Assembly: GCA_964631685.1 (NCBI GenBank)
Contig: CAZVZU010000001.1
Coordinates: 1 to 64,000 of the forward strand
DNA from: an uncultured Actinomycetes bacterium
GTDB taxonomy: Bacteria; SZUA-79; Acidulodesulfobacterales; Acidulodesulfobacteraceae
DNA length: 64,000 bases
Direction of reading: 5' to 3'
The notes under the pieces were generated by a model. That model did no database searches and was not told the DNA's origin. It saw only the letters and a list, made by a program, of their open reading frames with translations. Numbering within the stretch: position 1 is the first letter of the stretch; each line of letters opens with the position of its first letter. Made by a program: the position numbers and the translations under genes. Shown here in pieces: positions 48,348 through 58,624 of this stretch.

Positions 48348-50615
48348 ATGAACTCACACGACCCACTTGTTACCGCAAGTCCTTCCAGCGGCGTTATCTC
48401 GCCGAATAACCTAATAGAAGCGTTCAGAAACAATATTGATAATATTTCCGATATAGGCATAAACGATATACATAGCGAAGAGTTTAAACTGTTTAAAAAG
48501 GCTTATAATTTTTCAAAAAGGGTACATCAAGGACAAAGGAGAGAATCAGGAGAACCATATCTAACCCATCCCATAGAGGTAGCAGCCATAGCAGTAGTGC
48601 TTAAAATGGATTGTGCATCAATAGTTGCCGCATTGTTGCATGATACCGTCGAAGATACCCTTGCGACGATAGACGATATTAAAAATGAGTTCGGGGAAGA
48701 GGTAGCTTTTATAGTTGCTGGGCTAACCAAGTTAGGGAAGCTATCTTTTCAAAGTTCCGAAGAACTTGAAGCTGAAAATATTAGAAAAATGATTGTTGCG
48801 ATGGCAAAGGATATCAGGGTCATAATAATAAAATTAGCGGATAGGCTCCATAACTTGCGGACACTCGGATTTTTAGCAAAAGAGAAAAGAGTTAAAATAG
48901 CGCAGGAAACCTTAGATATTTATGCCCCTCTTGCCAATAGATTGGGCATGTTTTTTATAAAGAGTGAATTAGAGGACCTATCTTTTAAATATTTAAATCC
49001 GGAGGCATATAAAGATTTAACATTCAAGGTAAATAAAAAAAAGACAGAGAGAGAGAGATATATAGAGAATGTTATAGGTATATTGAAAGAAAGTCTTGAA
49101 AAGCACAATCTGAAAGCTGAAATTTATGGACGACCGAAGCATTTTTATAGTATTTACAAAAAAATGATAGGGCAACATGTTAGTTTTGAAGATATATATG
49201 ATTTACTGGCTTTAAGAGTGATAGTTAATACCGAAACAGAATGCTATGAAGCGCTTGGTTTAATTCATTCTCTTTGGAAACCGGTATCTGGTAGAATCAA
49301 GGACTATATTGCAATGCCCAAGGCAAATTTGTACCGTTCACTTCACTCGACGGTAATTGGCCATGAAGGAATGAGGATTGAGATTCAAATAAGAACGAAG
49401 CATATGCACTTTATAGATGAATTTGGTGTTGCGGCACACTGGAAATATAAGGAAAATATGCCGTTTGAAGAGAGCGATTTGAATCAATTTAATTGGCTAA
49501 GGCAGCTCGTAGAATATCAGAAAGAGCTCAATGATCCACGTGAATTTTTGGACAGTGTTAGAATAGATCTTTTTCAGGAAGAGGTTTATGTCTTTACTCC
49601 AAAGGGTAAGGTCATTGCTTTGTCAAAAGATTCTACCCCGATAGATTTTGCATATTATATCCATACCGATGTCGGCAATAAAGCGATGGGAGCAATAGTA
49701 AATGGTGTGATTGTACCATTAAAGCAACAATTGTCTAACGGAGATATAGTTGAAATTATTACGAAAGAAGACCATAATCCATCAAAAGATTGGTTGAAAT
49801 ATGCCAAATCTTCTAAGGCGTTATCGAAAATTAGGAGTTATATACGGCAAACTGAAAGGGATGAAAGTATAACGGCAGGGAAAGAAATATTAGAAAGAGA
49901 ATTTAAGAAGCTCAACTGTAAGAGTGTGGACTTTAAGGAAATGGCCAATATTGCATCACAGAAGCTGTCTATCAAGAATGAAGAAGATCTGTATGCAGGT
50001 ATAGGCTACGGAAAATATTTGCCTTCTTACATATTTTCTAATGCAATAATTGATTATAGAAAAACCCGCAAGCTCTCCTTGATTACTAAAACTACCGAAA
50101 GCGTTATCAGTAAAATTTTAAATAAAATAAAGCCGAGGACAAGAAATAATCGTCAGGCAGGTGGCGAAGCGATAGTATCCCCCTTTGGTGGAGATTTGTT
50201 ATGCAGGCTTGCGGGTTGTTGTCACCCGATACCTGGTGATGATATTGTCGGGTTCATTTCGAGGGGAAGGGGTGTCATTGTCCATAAATTAGACTGCAAT
50301 AATATAATTGGTATTGATGAAAACAGGCTTATAGAAGTTGCGTGGAAAACCTTGTTTGAATCTTCAAAATTTGGCTTAGGTTTTTTTGAGACAAAAATAA
50401 GGATTGTTACGGAAGATAAAAAGGGTATTTTGGCAAATATTGTCACATTAATATCCGAAAAAGGGGCCAATATCTCAAAGGCTCAAGTGAGGACACTTAA
50501 AGACGGAAGAGCGGTGCACCTTTTTGATGTTGAAGTTAAGGACAACGCTCAGGTAGATTCGATCATTGACGATATAAAGGGCGTCAAAGGTGTAATAAAA
50601 ATTAATAGATGCTAA
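48348..50615 (+). CDS. spoT: Bifunctional (p)ppGpp synthetase/hydrolase
   Basis: HD motif LLHDTVED, KLADRLHN, YRSLH, EIQIRT, TGS, CCHPIPGD, ACT domain. Confidence 0.95.
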   Translation: MNSHDPLVTASPSSGVISPNNLIEAFRNNIDNISDIGINDIHSEEFKLFKKAYNFSKRVHQGQRRESGEPYLTHPIEVAAIAVVLKMDCASIVAALLHDTVEDTLATIDDIKNEFGEEVAFIVAGLTKLGKLSFQSSEELEAENIRKMIVAMAKDIRVIIIKLADRLHNLRTLGFLAKEKRVKIAQETLDIYAPLANRLGMFFIKSELEDLSFKYLNPEAYKDLTFKVNKKKTERERYIENVIGILKESLEKHNLKAEIYGRPKHFYSIYKKMIGQHVSFEDIYDLLALRVIVNTETECYEALGLIHSLWKPVSGRIKDYIAMPKANLYRSLHSTVIGHEGMRIEIQIRTKHMHFIDEFGVAAHWKYKENMPFEESDLNQFNWLRQLVEYQKELNDPREFLDSVRIDLFQEEVYVFTPKGKVIALSKDSTPIDFAYYIHTDVGNKAMGAIVNGVIVPLKQQLSNGDIVEIITKEDHNPSKDWLKYAKSSKALSKIRSYIRQTERDESITAGKEILEREFKKLNCKSVDFKEMANIASQKLSIKNEEDLYAGIGYGKYLPSYIFSNAIIDYRKTRKLSLITKTTESVISKILNKIKPRTRNNRQAGGEAIVSPFGGDLLCRLAGCCHPIPGDDIVGFISRGRGVIVHKLDCNNIIGIDENRLIEVAWKTLFESSKFGLGFFETKIRIVTEDKKGILANIVTLISEKGANISKAQVRTLKDGRAVHLFDVEVKDNAQVDSIIDDIKGVKGVIKINRC

Positions 50616-51610
50616 TGGATCTTTTTAAAGAGTATATTGTTTTCTAAGTGCACATGTATCATTATGTCGTCTGAAATCTCTCTTAGCGATTTGTAGATAT
50701 ATTTATAAGAAGCACACGCATCAGCAGGTGTTGAATAATGAGAACTTAGGGCATCCATCTCCTTAAGAATGTTTCCGGTCTCTTCGTGTTCGCTTATGAT
50801 GTTTTCTATTTCTTTTAATATTGCCTGCGTTTCGGAAACAGTATTGTTGACTTTATCTGTGTGAGTTGATGTATTAACGGTATTTTTTAAGTTTTTTATA
50901 CGAGGAAAAAGATCTTTTTCCTCGTAGTCAAGATGTGGCGTTAATATTGAATTCATTTTTGCAAATAACTCTCTTATCTTGACAACCTCCGGATGATTAC
51001 CTCCGTGGACGTTCGCAACCTTTTCTATATATTCTGTTGCTTCTGGAATATGCACCCTCAAAAATGTATGATGAATGTTTACTATGTAATCAATTAAAAA
51101 ATCTACACTCCAATCTTTGGTTTTTTGATTTAAAAACGTATTTTCTTGACCACTTGCGGGCTTTATATTATCATCGTTTAATTCTGCTACGATCTCATCT
51201 TCATTTATATTTGCAGATTCACAAGCTTCCCTTAATGTTTTGTCTCCACCGCAACAAAAGTCTATTCCGTATTTTTTGAACACATCTATTTTGTCCGGAT
51301 TTTGTGCCACAATGTTGCCTACACTTTCGCCGCTTAATTTATTTGTTATTTCACCTTTTTGAGCATTTAATCCTTTTTTGGTTATCTTAATCCTCCATTT
51401 TGCCGGCCCATTCTCTAAATATTGCCAATCGAATATTTCTCCCTTTTCGGCCAAAAGTTGATAACGAAGTGGTTTTGGATCATGGTCGTTTTTTATAATA
51501 AAACTCTCGCCATCCCTAAGTTCTTCAAATAATTTAAATATGGTTGGATGTTTGAGTTGCGGCTCTATAAGGGTAACATCTAATACGGTCACATCGGTTT
51601 CTTTTTCCAT
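50612..51610 (-). CDS. ric: Iron-sulfur cluster repair di-iron protein with N-terminal DUF2249 domain
   Basis: N-terminal KHPTIF...NDHDPKPL (DUF2249), GIDFCCGG (ScdA_N), hemerythrin motifs HH, H...EE, EH, HVHLENNILF. Confidence 0.92.
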   Translation of the reverse strand: MEKETDVTVLDVTLIEPQLKHPTIFKLFEELRDGESFIIKNDHDPKPLRYQLLAEKGEIFDWQYLENGPAKWRIKITKKGLNAQKGEITNKLSGESVGNIVAQNPDKIDVFKKYGIDFCCGGDKTLREACESANINEDEIVAELNDDNIKPASGQENTFLNQKTKDWSVDFLIDYIVNIHHTFLRVHIPEATEYIEKVANVHGGNHPEVVKIRELFAKMNSILTPHLDYEEKDLFPRIKNLKNTVNTSTHTDKVNNTVSETQAILKEIENIISEHEETGNILKEMDALSSHYSTPADACASYKYIYKSLREISDDIMIHVHLENNILFKKIH

Positions 51611-51666
51611 TTTTGATTCCTTCCTTAATTTAATAGATTTAACATTTAGATATTATCAGTGTGTCT

Positions 51667-51709
51667 ATTATCCTAAAATTAAAACCGATAAGATATGATT
51701 TTAATCACA
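51667..51709 (-). promoter_or_regulatory. CRP/FNR-family operator with class II promoter of ric
   Basis: Minus strand TGTGA-TTAAAA-TCATA (51709-51694) and GATAAT (51672-51667), same spacing as at nosZ. Confidence 0.7.
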
Positions 51710-51878
51710 TTGTTAAAATAATTTATTGTCTTAGCTATTATTCATATGCTATCATACTCTTGTGTAAAAGTTAACTTATCACGGCATTTTTTTATTTGTA
51801 TTTTGTTAATTTATGTATTGTGGTGGCAATGCGACGTAAATTCGCATTGAGCTCTTTTTGATTGGAGGGTTACTAAAA

Positions 51879-52859
51879 ATGATTTCGGAATATTTATCTA
51901 TAAGGCCCAGGAGATTAAGAACATCTTCTAATTTATCCAGACTTGTAAGGGAAGTATCGCTTGAGCCGTCAAAATTTATTATGCCTTACTTTGTAACCCA
52001 CGGAAAATTTATCAAGGAACCTATTAAGACAATGCCGGATCAGTTTCGCTATTCGGTGGATGAACTTATTAAAGAACTTAAACATGTGACCAATCTTGGC
52101 ATCGGCGGGATTCTTCTTTTCGGTGTTCCTGCGCATAAGGACGAGTTAGGTTCGGAAAGTTATTCCGATAATGGTATAGTCCATCAAGCATTAAGGGGGA
52201 TTAAGGATGTTTTTCCCGATTTAATTGTTATTACGGATGTTTGCCTATGTGATTACACTTCACACGGACATTGTGGTATTGTTGATGATAGGGGTTATGT
52301 AAAGAACGACGAAACACTTGAATATTTGGCAAAAATAGCTGTTTCTTATGCCAAAGCCGGCGCGGATATTATAGCGCCGTCCGACATGATGGACGGAAGA
52401 GTGAGAAAAATAAGAAGAGCACTCGATGATGATGGGTTCATAAATATTCCTATAATGTCTTATTCTTCGAAATATTCTTCATCCTTTTACGAACCTTTCA
52501 GGGACGCGGCGGATTGTTCTCCAAAATTCGGTAACAGAAAATCTTATCAGATGGACTATTCAAACTCCGATGAGGCTATTCTTGAGACGCAACTTGATTT
52601 AGACGAAGGCGCAGACATGATTATGGTAAAACCGGCATTAAGCTATCTTGATATTATATACAAGATAAAGCAGGCGTTTAAGAGACCGCTTGCTGCGTAT
52701 AATGTGTCCGGCGAATATTCAATGATAAAAGCCGCGTCTAAGCTTGGTTATTTAAAAGAAGATGCGGCGGCGCTCGAAATGCTCACGTCTATTAAAAGGG
52801 CGGGAGCAGATATTATTATAAGCTATTATTCTCTTTATGTCGCAAAGTTATTACTTTAA
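51879..52859 (+). CDS. hemB: Porphobilinogen synthase (Zn-type)
   Basis: RPRRLR, DVCLCDYTSHGHCG, APSDMMDGRV, MVKPA; ATG at 51879 after GGAGG. Confidence 0.97.
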   Translation: MISEYLSIRPRRLRTSSNLSRLVREVSLEPSKFIMPYFVTHGKFIKEPIKTMPDQFRYSVDELIKELKHVTNLGIGGILLFGVPAHKDELGSESYSDNGIVHQALRGIKDVFPDLIVITDVCLCDYTSHGHCGIVDDRGYVKNDETLEYLAKIAVSYAKAGADIIAPSDMMDGRVRKIRRALDDDGFINIPIMSYSSKYSSSFYEPFRDAADCSPKFGNRKSYQMDYSNSDEAILETQLDLDEGADMIMVKPALSYLDIIYKIKQAFKRPLAAYNVSGEYSMIKAASKLGYLKEDAAALEMLTSIKRAGADIIISYYSLYVAKLLL

Positions 52860-52955
52860 CAAGCTCCAAGTTTGCAAACTTATAGGGTTAAAGGGTAACA
52901 AACATTGATAAAAAATGGGAAGACAAAAAAATAAACGTTATTACCGCGGAGGACG

Positions 52956-54374
52956 ATGCTGAAGAATTATCCGTTGTTTATACACGGCGAATGGATAGAG
53001 AAACAAGAAACTTACGATATAGTGAATCCCTTTAACGATGAGATAATTGCTCTACTAAGCAAGCCTGACAAAGCGGATATTGAATTGGCCGTATCTTCTG
53101 CTGAAAAAGGTTTTTTAAAGGTTAAAAATCTTAATGTATATGAAAGGGTCGAGATACTGGAAGGGACTTGTAAAATTTTAGAGCGAGATTCTAATGAAAT
53201 AGCCTATTTTATATCCCTTGAGGTTGGTAAGGCCTTAAAATATTCCATTATTGAGACGCAACGGGTAGTTAACATATTTAAATTTGCGGCGGAAGAAGCA
53301 AAAAGGCTGCATGGTGAGACCGTGTCCATGGATGTCGTTAGAGGATTTGAGGATAAAATTGCCTTTTATACGAGGGTTCCCATTGGTATTATTGCTGCAA
53401 TTACCCCTTTTAATTTTCCAATAAATCTTCCTGCTCACAAGATTGCCCCTGCGATAGCTGCAGGCAACAGCGTAGTTTTTAAACCATCCATAAATGGTTC
53501 TATTACGGCCTATTATCTTGTGAATGCTTTAATTGAAGCGGGCTTACCTAGGGAGGCTATTAATCTTCTATATGGTGATAGAGATACGGGAGAGGCTATT
53601 GTTACTAACGAAAGCATAAGGATGGTCAGCTTCACCGGAAGTCATAATGTAGGCAGAGAGATAATGATGAAGGGTGGCCTTAAAAAATACACTATGGAGT
53701 TAGGGAGTAATTCTGCTCTTATTATTGATAAATCGGCGGATATTATTAAAGCTGCTAAAAAAGCAGTGATCGGATCGTTTTACAATTCCGGTCAGGTGTG
53801 TGTCTCTCTTCAAAGGATATATGTCCATAAGGATGTAGAGAAAGACTTCGTAGAATATTTTATCAAGGAGACTAAAAAAATAAAAGTAGGTAATCCTATC
53901 GATGAAGATACGGATATAGGTCCTATTATTAACCCTGAGTCAAAACAGAGGATAGCGGATTGGATCGCCGAGGCCGTGAAAGAGGGCGCAGAGGTAGAAC
54001 TTGGCGGAGATTTTAATGGAAACATTATGAACCCTACTATATTTTCCAATGTTGACCCTAATATGAAAATATCATGTCTTGAGGTATTTGCTCCTGTTGT
54101 TTCTGTTGTTGGTTTTACCGATATTTCCGAGGCAGTGCGTCTTGTGAATGATTCAATATATGGACTTCAGGCCGGTATCTACACCAATGATATTAAAAAT
54201 GCATTATACTGCATTAAACACATCGATGTGGGAGGAATTTTAATAAATGACATTCCGACGACAAGGGCGGATCATCAGCCGTACGGCGGTGTTAAAAAAT
54301 CCGGACTCGGCAGAGAAGGCATGAAATATGCCGTAGAAGAAATGACCGATCTTAAATTTGTAAGCTTCAGTTAG
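52956..54374 (+). CDS. NAD(P)-dependent aldehyde dehydrogenase
   Basis: ITPFNFP, FTGS, MELGSN, GQVCVS, EVFAPV, PYGGVKKSG. Confidence 0.95.
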   Translation: MLKNYPLFIHGEWIEKQETYDIVNPFNDEIIALLSKPDKADIELAVSSAEKGFLKVKNLNVYERVEILEGTCKILERDSNEIAYFISLEVGKALKYSIIETQRVVNIFKFAAEEAKRLHGETVSMDVVRGFEDKIAFYTRVPIGIIAAITPFNFPINLPAHKIAPAIAAGNSVVFKPSINGSITAYYLVNALIEAGLPREAINLLYGDRDTGEAIVTNESIRMVSFTGSHNVGREIMMKGGLKKYTMELGSNSALIIDKSADIIKAAKKAVIGSFYNSGQVCVSLQRIYVHKDVEKDFVEYFIKETKKIKVGNPIDEDTDIGPIINPESKQRIADWIAEAVKEGAEVELGGDFNGNIMNPTIFSNVDPNMKISCLEVFAPVVSVVGFTDISEAVRLVNDSIYGLQAGIYTNDIKNALYCIKHIDVGGILINDIPTTRADHQPYGGVKKSGLGREGMKYAVEEMTDLKFVSFS

Positions 54375-54409
54375 TGATATATTTGGCTAGATGTCTAATA
54401 CCGCCCGTT

Positions 54410-55381
54410 TTAATTTAGGTCGAGGGCTTTTTTAAAAAATAATTCGGCATCCTTTGACCTGCCGGAATTCTTTAAGCATCTCGCATACTCGTAGAAATAT
54501 CTTGGATTGCATTGGTTATACATTAGTGCTTTTTTAAAATATTCCAGGGCGATGTCATAATAAGCAGTTAGTTCGCTGTATATTTTATCGTCAAAAATTG
54601 GATTGTATATATTCTTATTTTTGTCAGCGTGTTGAAAACCCTTTATCTCGGAAAGTTTTTTTTCATTTTTTATATAAAACAAATCTATTAGCTCATCTAA
54701 TACAAATAATCCTCCCATGAAAAACATTTCATCTTTTGAATAAAGGCTATCTGCCCGTTCTTTCCAAAAATTAAGTATTTGAAAAAATTTTTCATACATT
54801 TGGTTAAAGAGGATAATATTAAAACCGTCGTATATTTCATTTTTGTCAGCCCTTCTGAACTCTTCAAACGGGTCTTCCTCATTGTTCCGCAAATGTTCGT
54901 TCCGCAAATAGTTTTCCGTTTTCTCCCTGTCATTGTTAGTTAAAAATGGAATTTCTCTACTAAAAATCATCAAGTTATAAAAAAATGTCAATTTACCTAA
55001 TTCTTTATTGTAAAATAAAAATTCACATAAATCGTAAAGATATGGACTGAAATAGTCTTTATCCTTTAGTTTTGGAGATATTTTCCAAATTTCAATGTAT
55101 ACACTTACAAGCTCATTGGTATATTTCTTATTATATTTTGCGAGTTTTTTAAATGCATTGATAAGAATCTCATAATAATTCTCTATCAATTCATCAAACA
55201 ATATAGCCGTTTTATTTGCCGGCAATCCCTTAATTTTTTGATGATATTCTTTGTCTATGTCGTGTGAATGCTTAAATATATCAATATATTTTTTTAATTC
55301 ATTAAAGGTCGGTTTTGTGCGCCCCGTTGGCCGACTATATTTAATTTTTTTTATGTTGTCGATATTTTTTATATCTTTCAT
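54410..55381 (-). CDS. Hypothetical helical protein with C-terminal TPR-like repeat
   Basis: ALEYFKKAL...NPRYFYEYARCLKNSGRSKDAELFFKKALDL. Confidence 0.65.
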   Translation of the reverse strand: MKDIKNIDNIKKIKYSRPTGRTKPTFNELKKYIDIFKHSHDIDKEYHQKIKGLPANKTAILFDELIENYYEILINAFKKLAKYNKKYTNELVSVYIEIWKISPKLKDKDYFSPYLYDLCEFLFYNKELGKLTFFYNLMIFSREIPFLTNNDREKTENYLRNEHLRNNEEDPFEEFRRADKNEIYDGFNIILFNQMYEKFFQILNFWKERADSLYSKDEMFFMGGLFVLDELIDLFYIKNEKKLSEIKGFQHADKNKNIYNPIFDDKIYSELTAYYDIALEYFKKALMYNQCNPRYFYEYARCLKNSGRSKDAELFFKKALDLN

Positions 55382-55404
55382 ATAATTTAAATTTTTTTGA
55401 TGTT

Positions 55405-56694
55405 TTATGTGCTAGTAGGCAGTTCTTTGACGAAATTATTTAATGCAGTTTTTACAATATCTTTATCCTCTTTGTTATCTGGTTTTATTTTTTTTGTAAC
55501 TAACCTAAACTCCTCACCTGTTTTATGGTCCATAAACAACATCTTAATCTTATTTGTTTTATTTACTAACACAGTGAGTCTTAATGCAGAATGGGATTCA
55601 ACATCTAACCTTAAGGTATTTGCAAGTATTTTAGTGCTCAAGTCCATATTCTCTGTATCGTTAATGAGTTTGCTGGCATTTTCTTTTCCGACACTTGTAT
55701 TTTTAATATCGGTGTTTATCTGTTCGCTTTTAATCTTTGAATTGTATAATTCTCGGTATATCGAACTATTCTTATCCAGAAGAAGCTTATAAGAATCGAC
55801 AAGCTTATGAGTATGTTCACTTAAAGCAACATAGTTTTTGACATTTTCACGCCCTCCGTCTTGAAGTTGCGTTATATGGTGTACCTGAATTTTATTATTC
55901 TTATCATTAATGTTTAAGCTTGGTATATCTCTTGTTTTTATATAATCTTTTATTTTTTGCCAATTATGGATAGATTCCATCTCAATGACGCTTTTCCCGT
56001 TAATGCTTACCTTGACATTTTTAAATCCGTCAATTGTCTTTCCATAATTTTGCAATGCTCCGAGGTTGGGTCTATGGCTGTTTAAACTATTATTATTTTT
56101 AGTTTCATTTTTGAAATCGTAAACCGACGGCATTTCAAAAATGCCATATTCTATCTTTTTATAATAACCTGAATGTTTAATAATAATAGTACCTGGAGAT
56201 ATGTCATTAGGGTCTATATTTATGTCATTTTGTTTCAGAGAAAAATAATTTTTCAGGGTCAAATCGGATAATTTAAATTCATTATTAAGGCTATGATTTT
56301 CTTTAAAATTATCTGCCCGTCTTTTTTGATTGATCTCCAGAAATTTGTCTTTAGACATTATGATATTTTTTATAGTAGTATTTCTGCCATATACAGTCAT
56401 TGATTGAAATGAAATTCCTTGGACCTCTATAAAATTGTCTTTAATAAATATATCGTTATAATTTTTTTTTATATCATTATCTACCAAACCATAAGTGTTA
56501 CACAAAAATGTTTCATCGTTTTTAACGATAAAACCTGAATTTAAAATGGATTTAATCTCATTTTCTCCAATGGCAATGCTTTCTGTTTTGCTCCTATTAT
56601 TCAAAACAGGGCTTAAAGTGCTTAGGTTTGTCTCGTTATTTGTCTTGTTCTCTTTGCTAAAGAATATACTTCGTTCTTTAATATTTAAATCCAT
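55405..56694 (-). CDS. Hypothetical protein with internal HNH-endonuclease-like motif
   Basis: QVHHITQLQDGGRENVKNYVALSEHTH; ATG at 56694 with GGAG upstream preferred over TTG at 56727. Confidence 0.65.
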   Translation of the reverse strand: MDLNIKERSIFFSKENKTNNETNLSTLSPVLNNRSKTESIAIGENEIKSILNSGFIVKNDETFLCNTYGLVDNDIKKNYNDIFIKDNFIEVQGISFQSMTVYGRNTTIKNIIMSKDKFLEINQKRRADNFKENHSLNNEFKLSDLTLKNYFSLKQNDINIDPNDISPGTIIIKHSGYYKKIEYGIFEMPSVYDFKNETKNNNSLNSHRPNLGALQNYGKTIDGFKNVKVSINGKSVIEMESIHNWQKIKDYIKTRDIPSLNINDKNNKIQVHHITQLQDGGRENVKNYVALSEHTHKLVDSYKLLLDKNSSIYRELYNSKIKSEQINTDIKNTSVGKENASKLINDTENMDLSTKILANTLRLDVESHSALRLTVLVNKTNKIKMLFMDHKTGEEFRLVTKKIKPDNKEDKDIVKTALNNFVKELPTST

Positions 56695-56862
56695 AATCTG
56701 CGTAGCTCCATAGAAGCAATATAGCAAAAAAATGTTTCAATATTATGAAGGTTATGTTGCATTTTCATTAAAGTTTTATTAAAAAATGATTTAAAAAGTG
56801 GGGCTAAATATGTTAGTATATACGTCAAAAGTAATACATCTTAAAACAATAAAGACGGCCCG

Positions 56863-58365
56863 ATGTTGGAAAAAAATATAAACAAAAATAACGACTTATA
56901 CATCTATAATACAGCTATATTATCAAAGAAACTTTTTAAACCGATACGCGAGGGTCGTGTTTTAATGTATGTTTGCGGTATCACGGCCTATGATTTGTCG
57001 CACATTGGGCACGCGCGTGCCTACGTTACTTTCGATATTATATATCGATATTTAAAGAATCTAGGTTACGACGTTATATATGTAAGAAATTTTACGGATA
57101 TAGATGATAAAATAATTAAAAAGGCGCAAAAAGAAAATACAACCGTGAGCTTGATATCCACAAAATATATAGACGAGTATCATAAAGATATGAACGCGCT
57201 TTCAGTTTTAACGCCCACATATGAGCCTAGGGCTACAGAGACCATACAAGAAATGATAGATCTAATAAAAGGTCTAGTAGATAAAGGAAATGCATATGAA
57301 AAAAGTGGAGATGTTTTTTTTAGGGTTAATTCTTTCAAGGAATACGGGAAGCTTTCTCACAAGAATATTGACGAACTTTTGGCAGGTGCAAGAATCCCTT
57401 TAAATGAAGATAAGGAAAACCTTCTCGATTTTGCTTTATGGAAAAGATCTAAGCACGGCGAACCCTCTTGGGATAGTCCGTGGGGAAAAGGAAGACCGGG
57501 TTGGCATATAGAATGCTCTGCAATGAGCATGAAGTTTTTAGGAGAAAGCGTAGATATACATGGAGGAGGATCCGACCTAATATTCCCGCACCATGAAAAC
57601 GAGATAGCACAATCGGAGAGCTATACCGGAAACAAATTTGTAAATTATTGGATTCATAATGGATTTGTTAATATAAATAACGAAAAGATGTCCAAGTCGC
57701 TTAAAAATTTTATTACGATTAGAGATTTACTTGAAAAATACCATCCTGAAGCCATAAGATTATTTTTTATGTTTACGCATTATAGATCGTTTATGGATTT
57801 TTCAGATGAGGGTGTTGAAAGCGCGAAGCAAAGCCTTTCAAGACTCTACCGCGCTATGAATTTATATGAGGATTTTAAAAACAAAATTGATGAAAAAAAC
57901 ATAAAGATTGAGAATAAGGATAAAAAAACACTTGATTTAGAAAAAGATGTCCAAGATTTTTATGATGCCATGAATGATGATTTTAATACCCCATCTGCTT
58001 TATCCGTTATATTTAATCTCATAAGAAAAACCAACAAGATTATTAATGATTCTTTGTTAAACGGTCTTATAAGTGCTGGGGACATGAAATTTTTAGACAA
58101 GACATTCCTATTAATCAATAAAATGTCCGATATATTCGGGATTCTTAAAGAATCTCCTAAACTTTTCATAGAAACCAACCTTAAAGATACATCTGGTATA
58201 TCGTTGGCAAAAGAAGAGATAGAAATACTAATAGAGAAACGTAATATGTTAAGGCAAAAAAAGGAATATAAAGCGGCAGATGAAATTAGAAATGCACTGT
58301 TGGAAATGGGGGTATTATTGGAAGATTCCAATTGTAATACCGCATTTAAAATAATAGACAAATAG
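56863..58365 (+). CDS. cysS: Cysteine-tRNA ligase
   Basis: YVCGIT, HIGH, GRPGWHIECS, KMSKS. Confidence 0.98.
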   Translation: MLEKNINKNNDLYIYNTAILSKKLFKPIREGRVLMYVCGITAYDLSHIGHARAYVTFDIIYRYLKNLGYDVIYVRNFTDIDDKIIKKAQKENTTVSLISTKYIDEYHKDMNALSVLTPTYEPRATETIQEMIDLIKGLVDKGNAYEKSGDVFFRVNSFKEYGKLSHKNIDELLAGARIPLNEDKENLLDFALWKRSKHGEPSWDSPWGKGRPGWHIECSAMSMKFLGESVDIHGGGSDLIFPHHENEIAQSESYTGNKFVNYWIHNGFVNINNEKMSKSLKNFITIRDLLEKYHPEAIRLFFMFTHYRSFMDFSDEGVESAKQSLSRLYRAMNLYEDFKNKIDEKNIKIENKDKKTLDLEKDVQDFYDAMNDDFNTPSALSVIFNLIRKTNKIINDSLLNGLISAGDMKFLDKTFLLINKMSDIFGILKESPKLFIETNLKDTSGISLAKEEIEILIEKRNMLRQKKEYKAADEIRNALLEMGVLLEDSNCNTAFKIIDK

Positions 58366-58395
58366 AATAACAATAGGTGGATTAAAGGCTATAAT

Positions 58396-58590
58396 ATGAA
58401 TGTCAAAGAAATGACTGAAGAGTTTCTTGTTTGCCCAAAATGCCGAGGGCAGCTTGAATATGTGTCGTCAAAAGAGGCTAACGAGAATGGAAAAAAAATA
58501 TTACTTTGCAGGGCATGCGGAGAGTATTATCCTATAGAAAATGGCATTCCGATACTTCTCGTAGAGGAAGCCGAAAAAATAAATCAATAA
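58396..58590 (+). CDS. Trm112/YcaR family protein
   Basis: LVCPKCRG.L...C..C...YPIENGIPILL. Confidence 0.9.
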   Translation: MNVKEMTEEFLVCPKCRGQLEYVSSKEANENGKKILLCRACGEYYPIENGIPILLVEEAEKINQ

Positions 58591-58624
58591 TCTTGCAGAC
58601 CGCGAGGTTTTCCGTGGTGTAGGG

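Noticed and set aside
54884..54909. Direct repeat GTTCCGCAAAT within the TPR-like gene
   Set aside because: It is an in-frame micro-duplication (LRNEHLRN), not a target-site duplication or att site.
58598..58618. Small GC-rich hairpin before waaA as a tRNA fragment or terminator
   Set aside because: Too short for a cloverleaf and lacks a U-tract.
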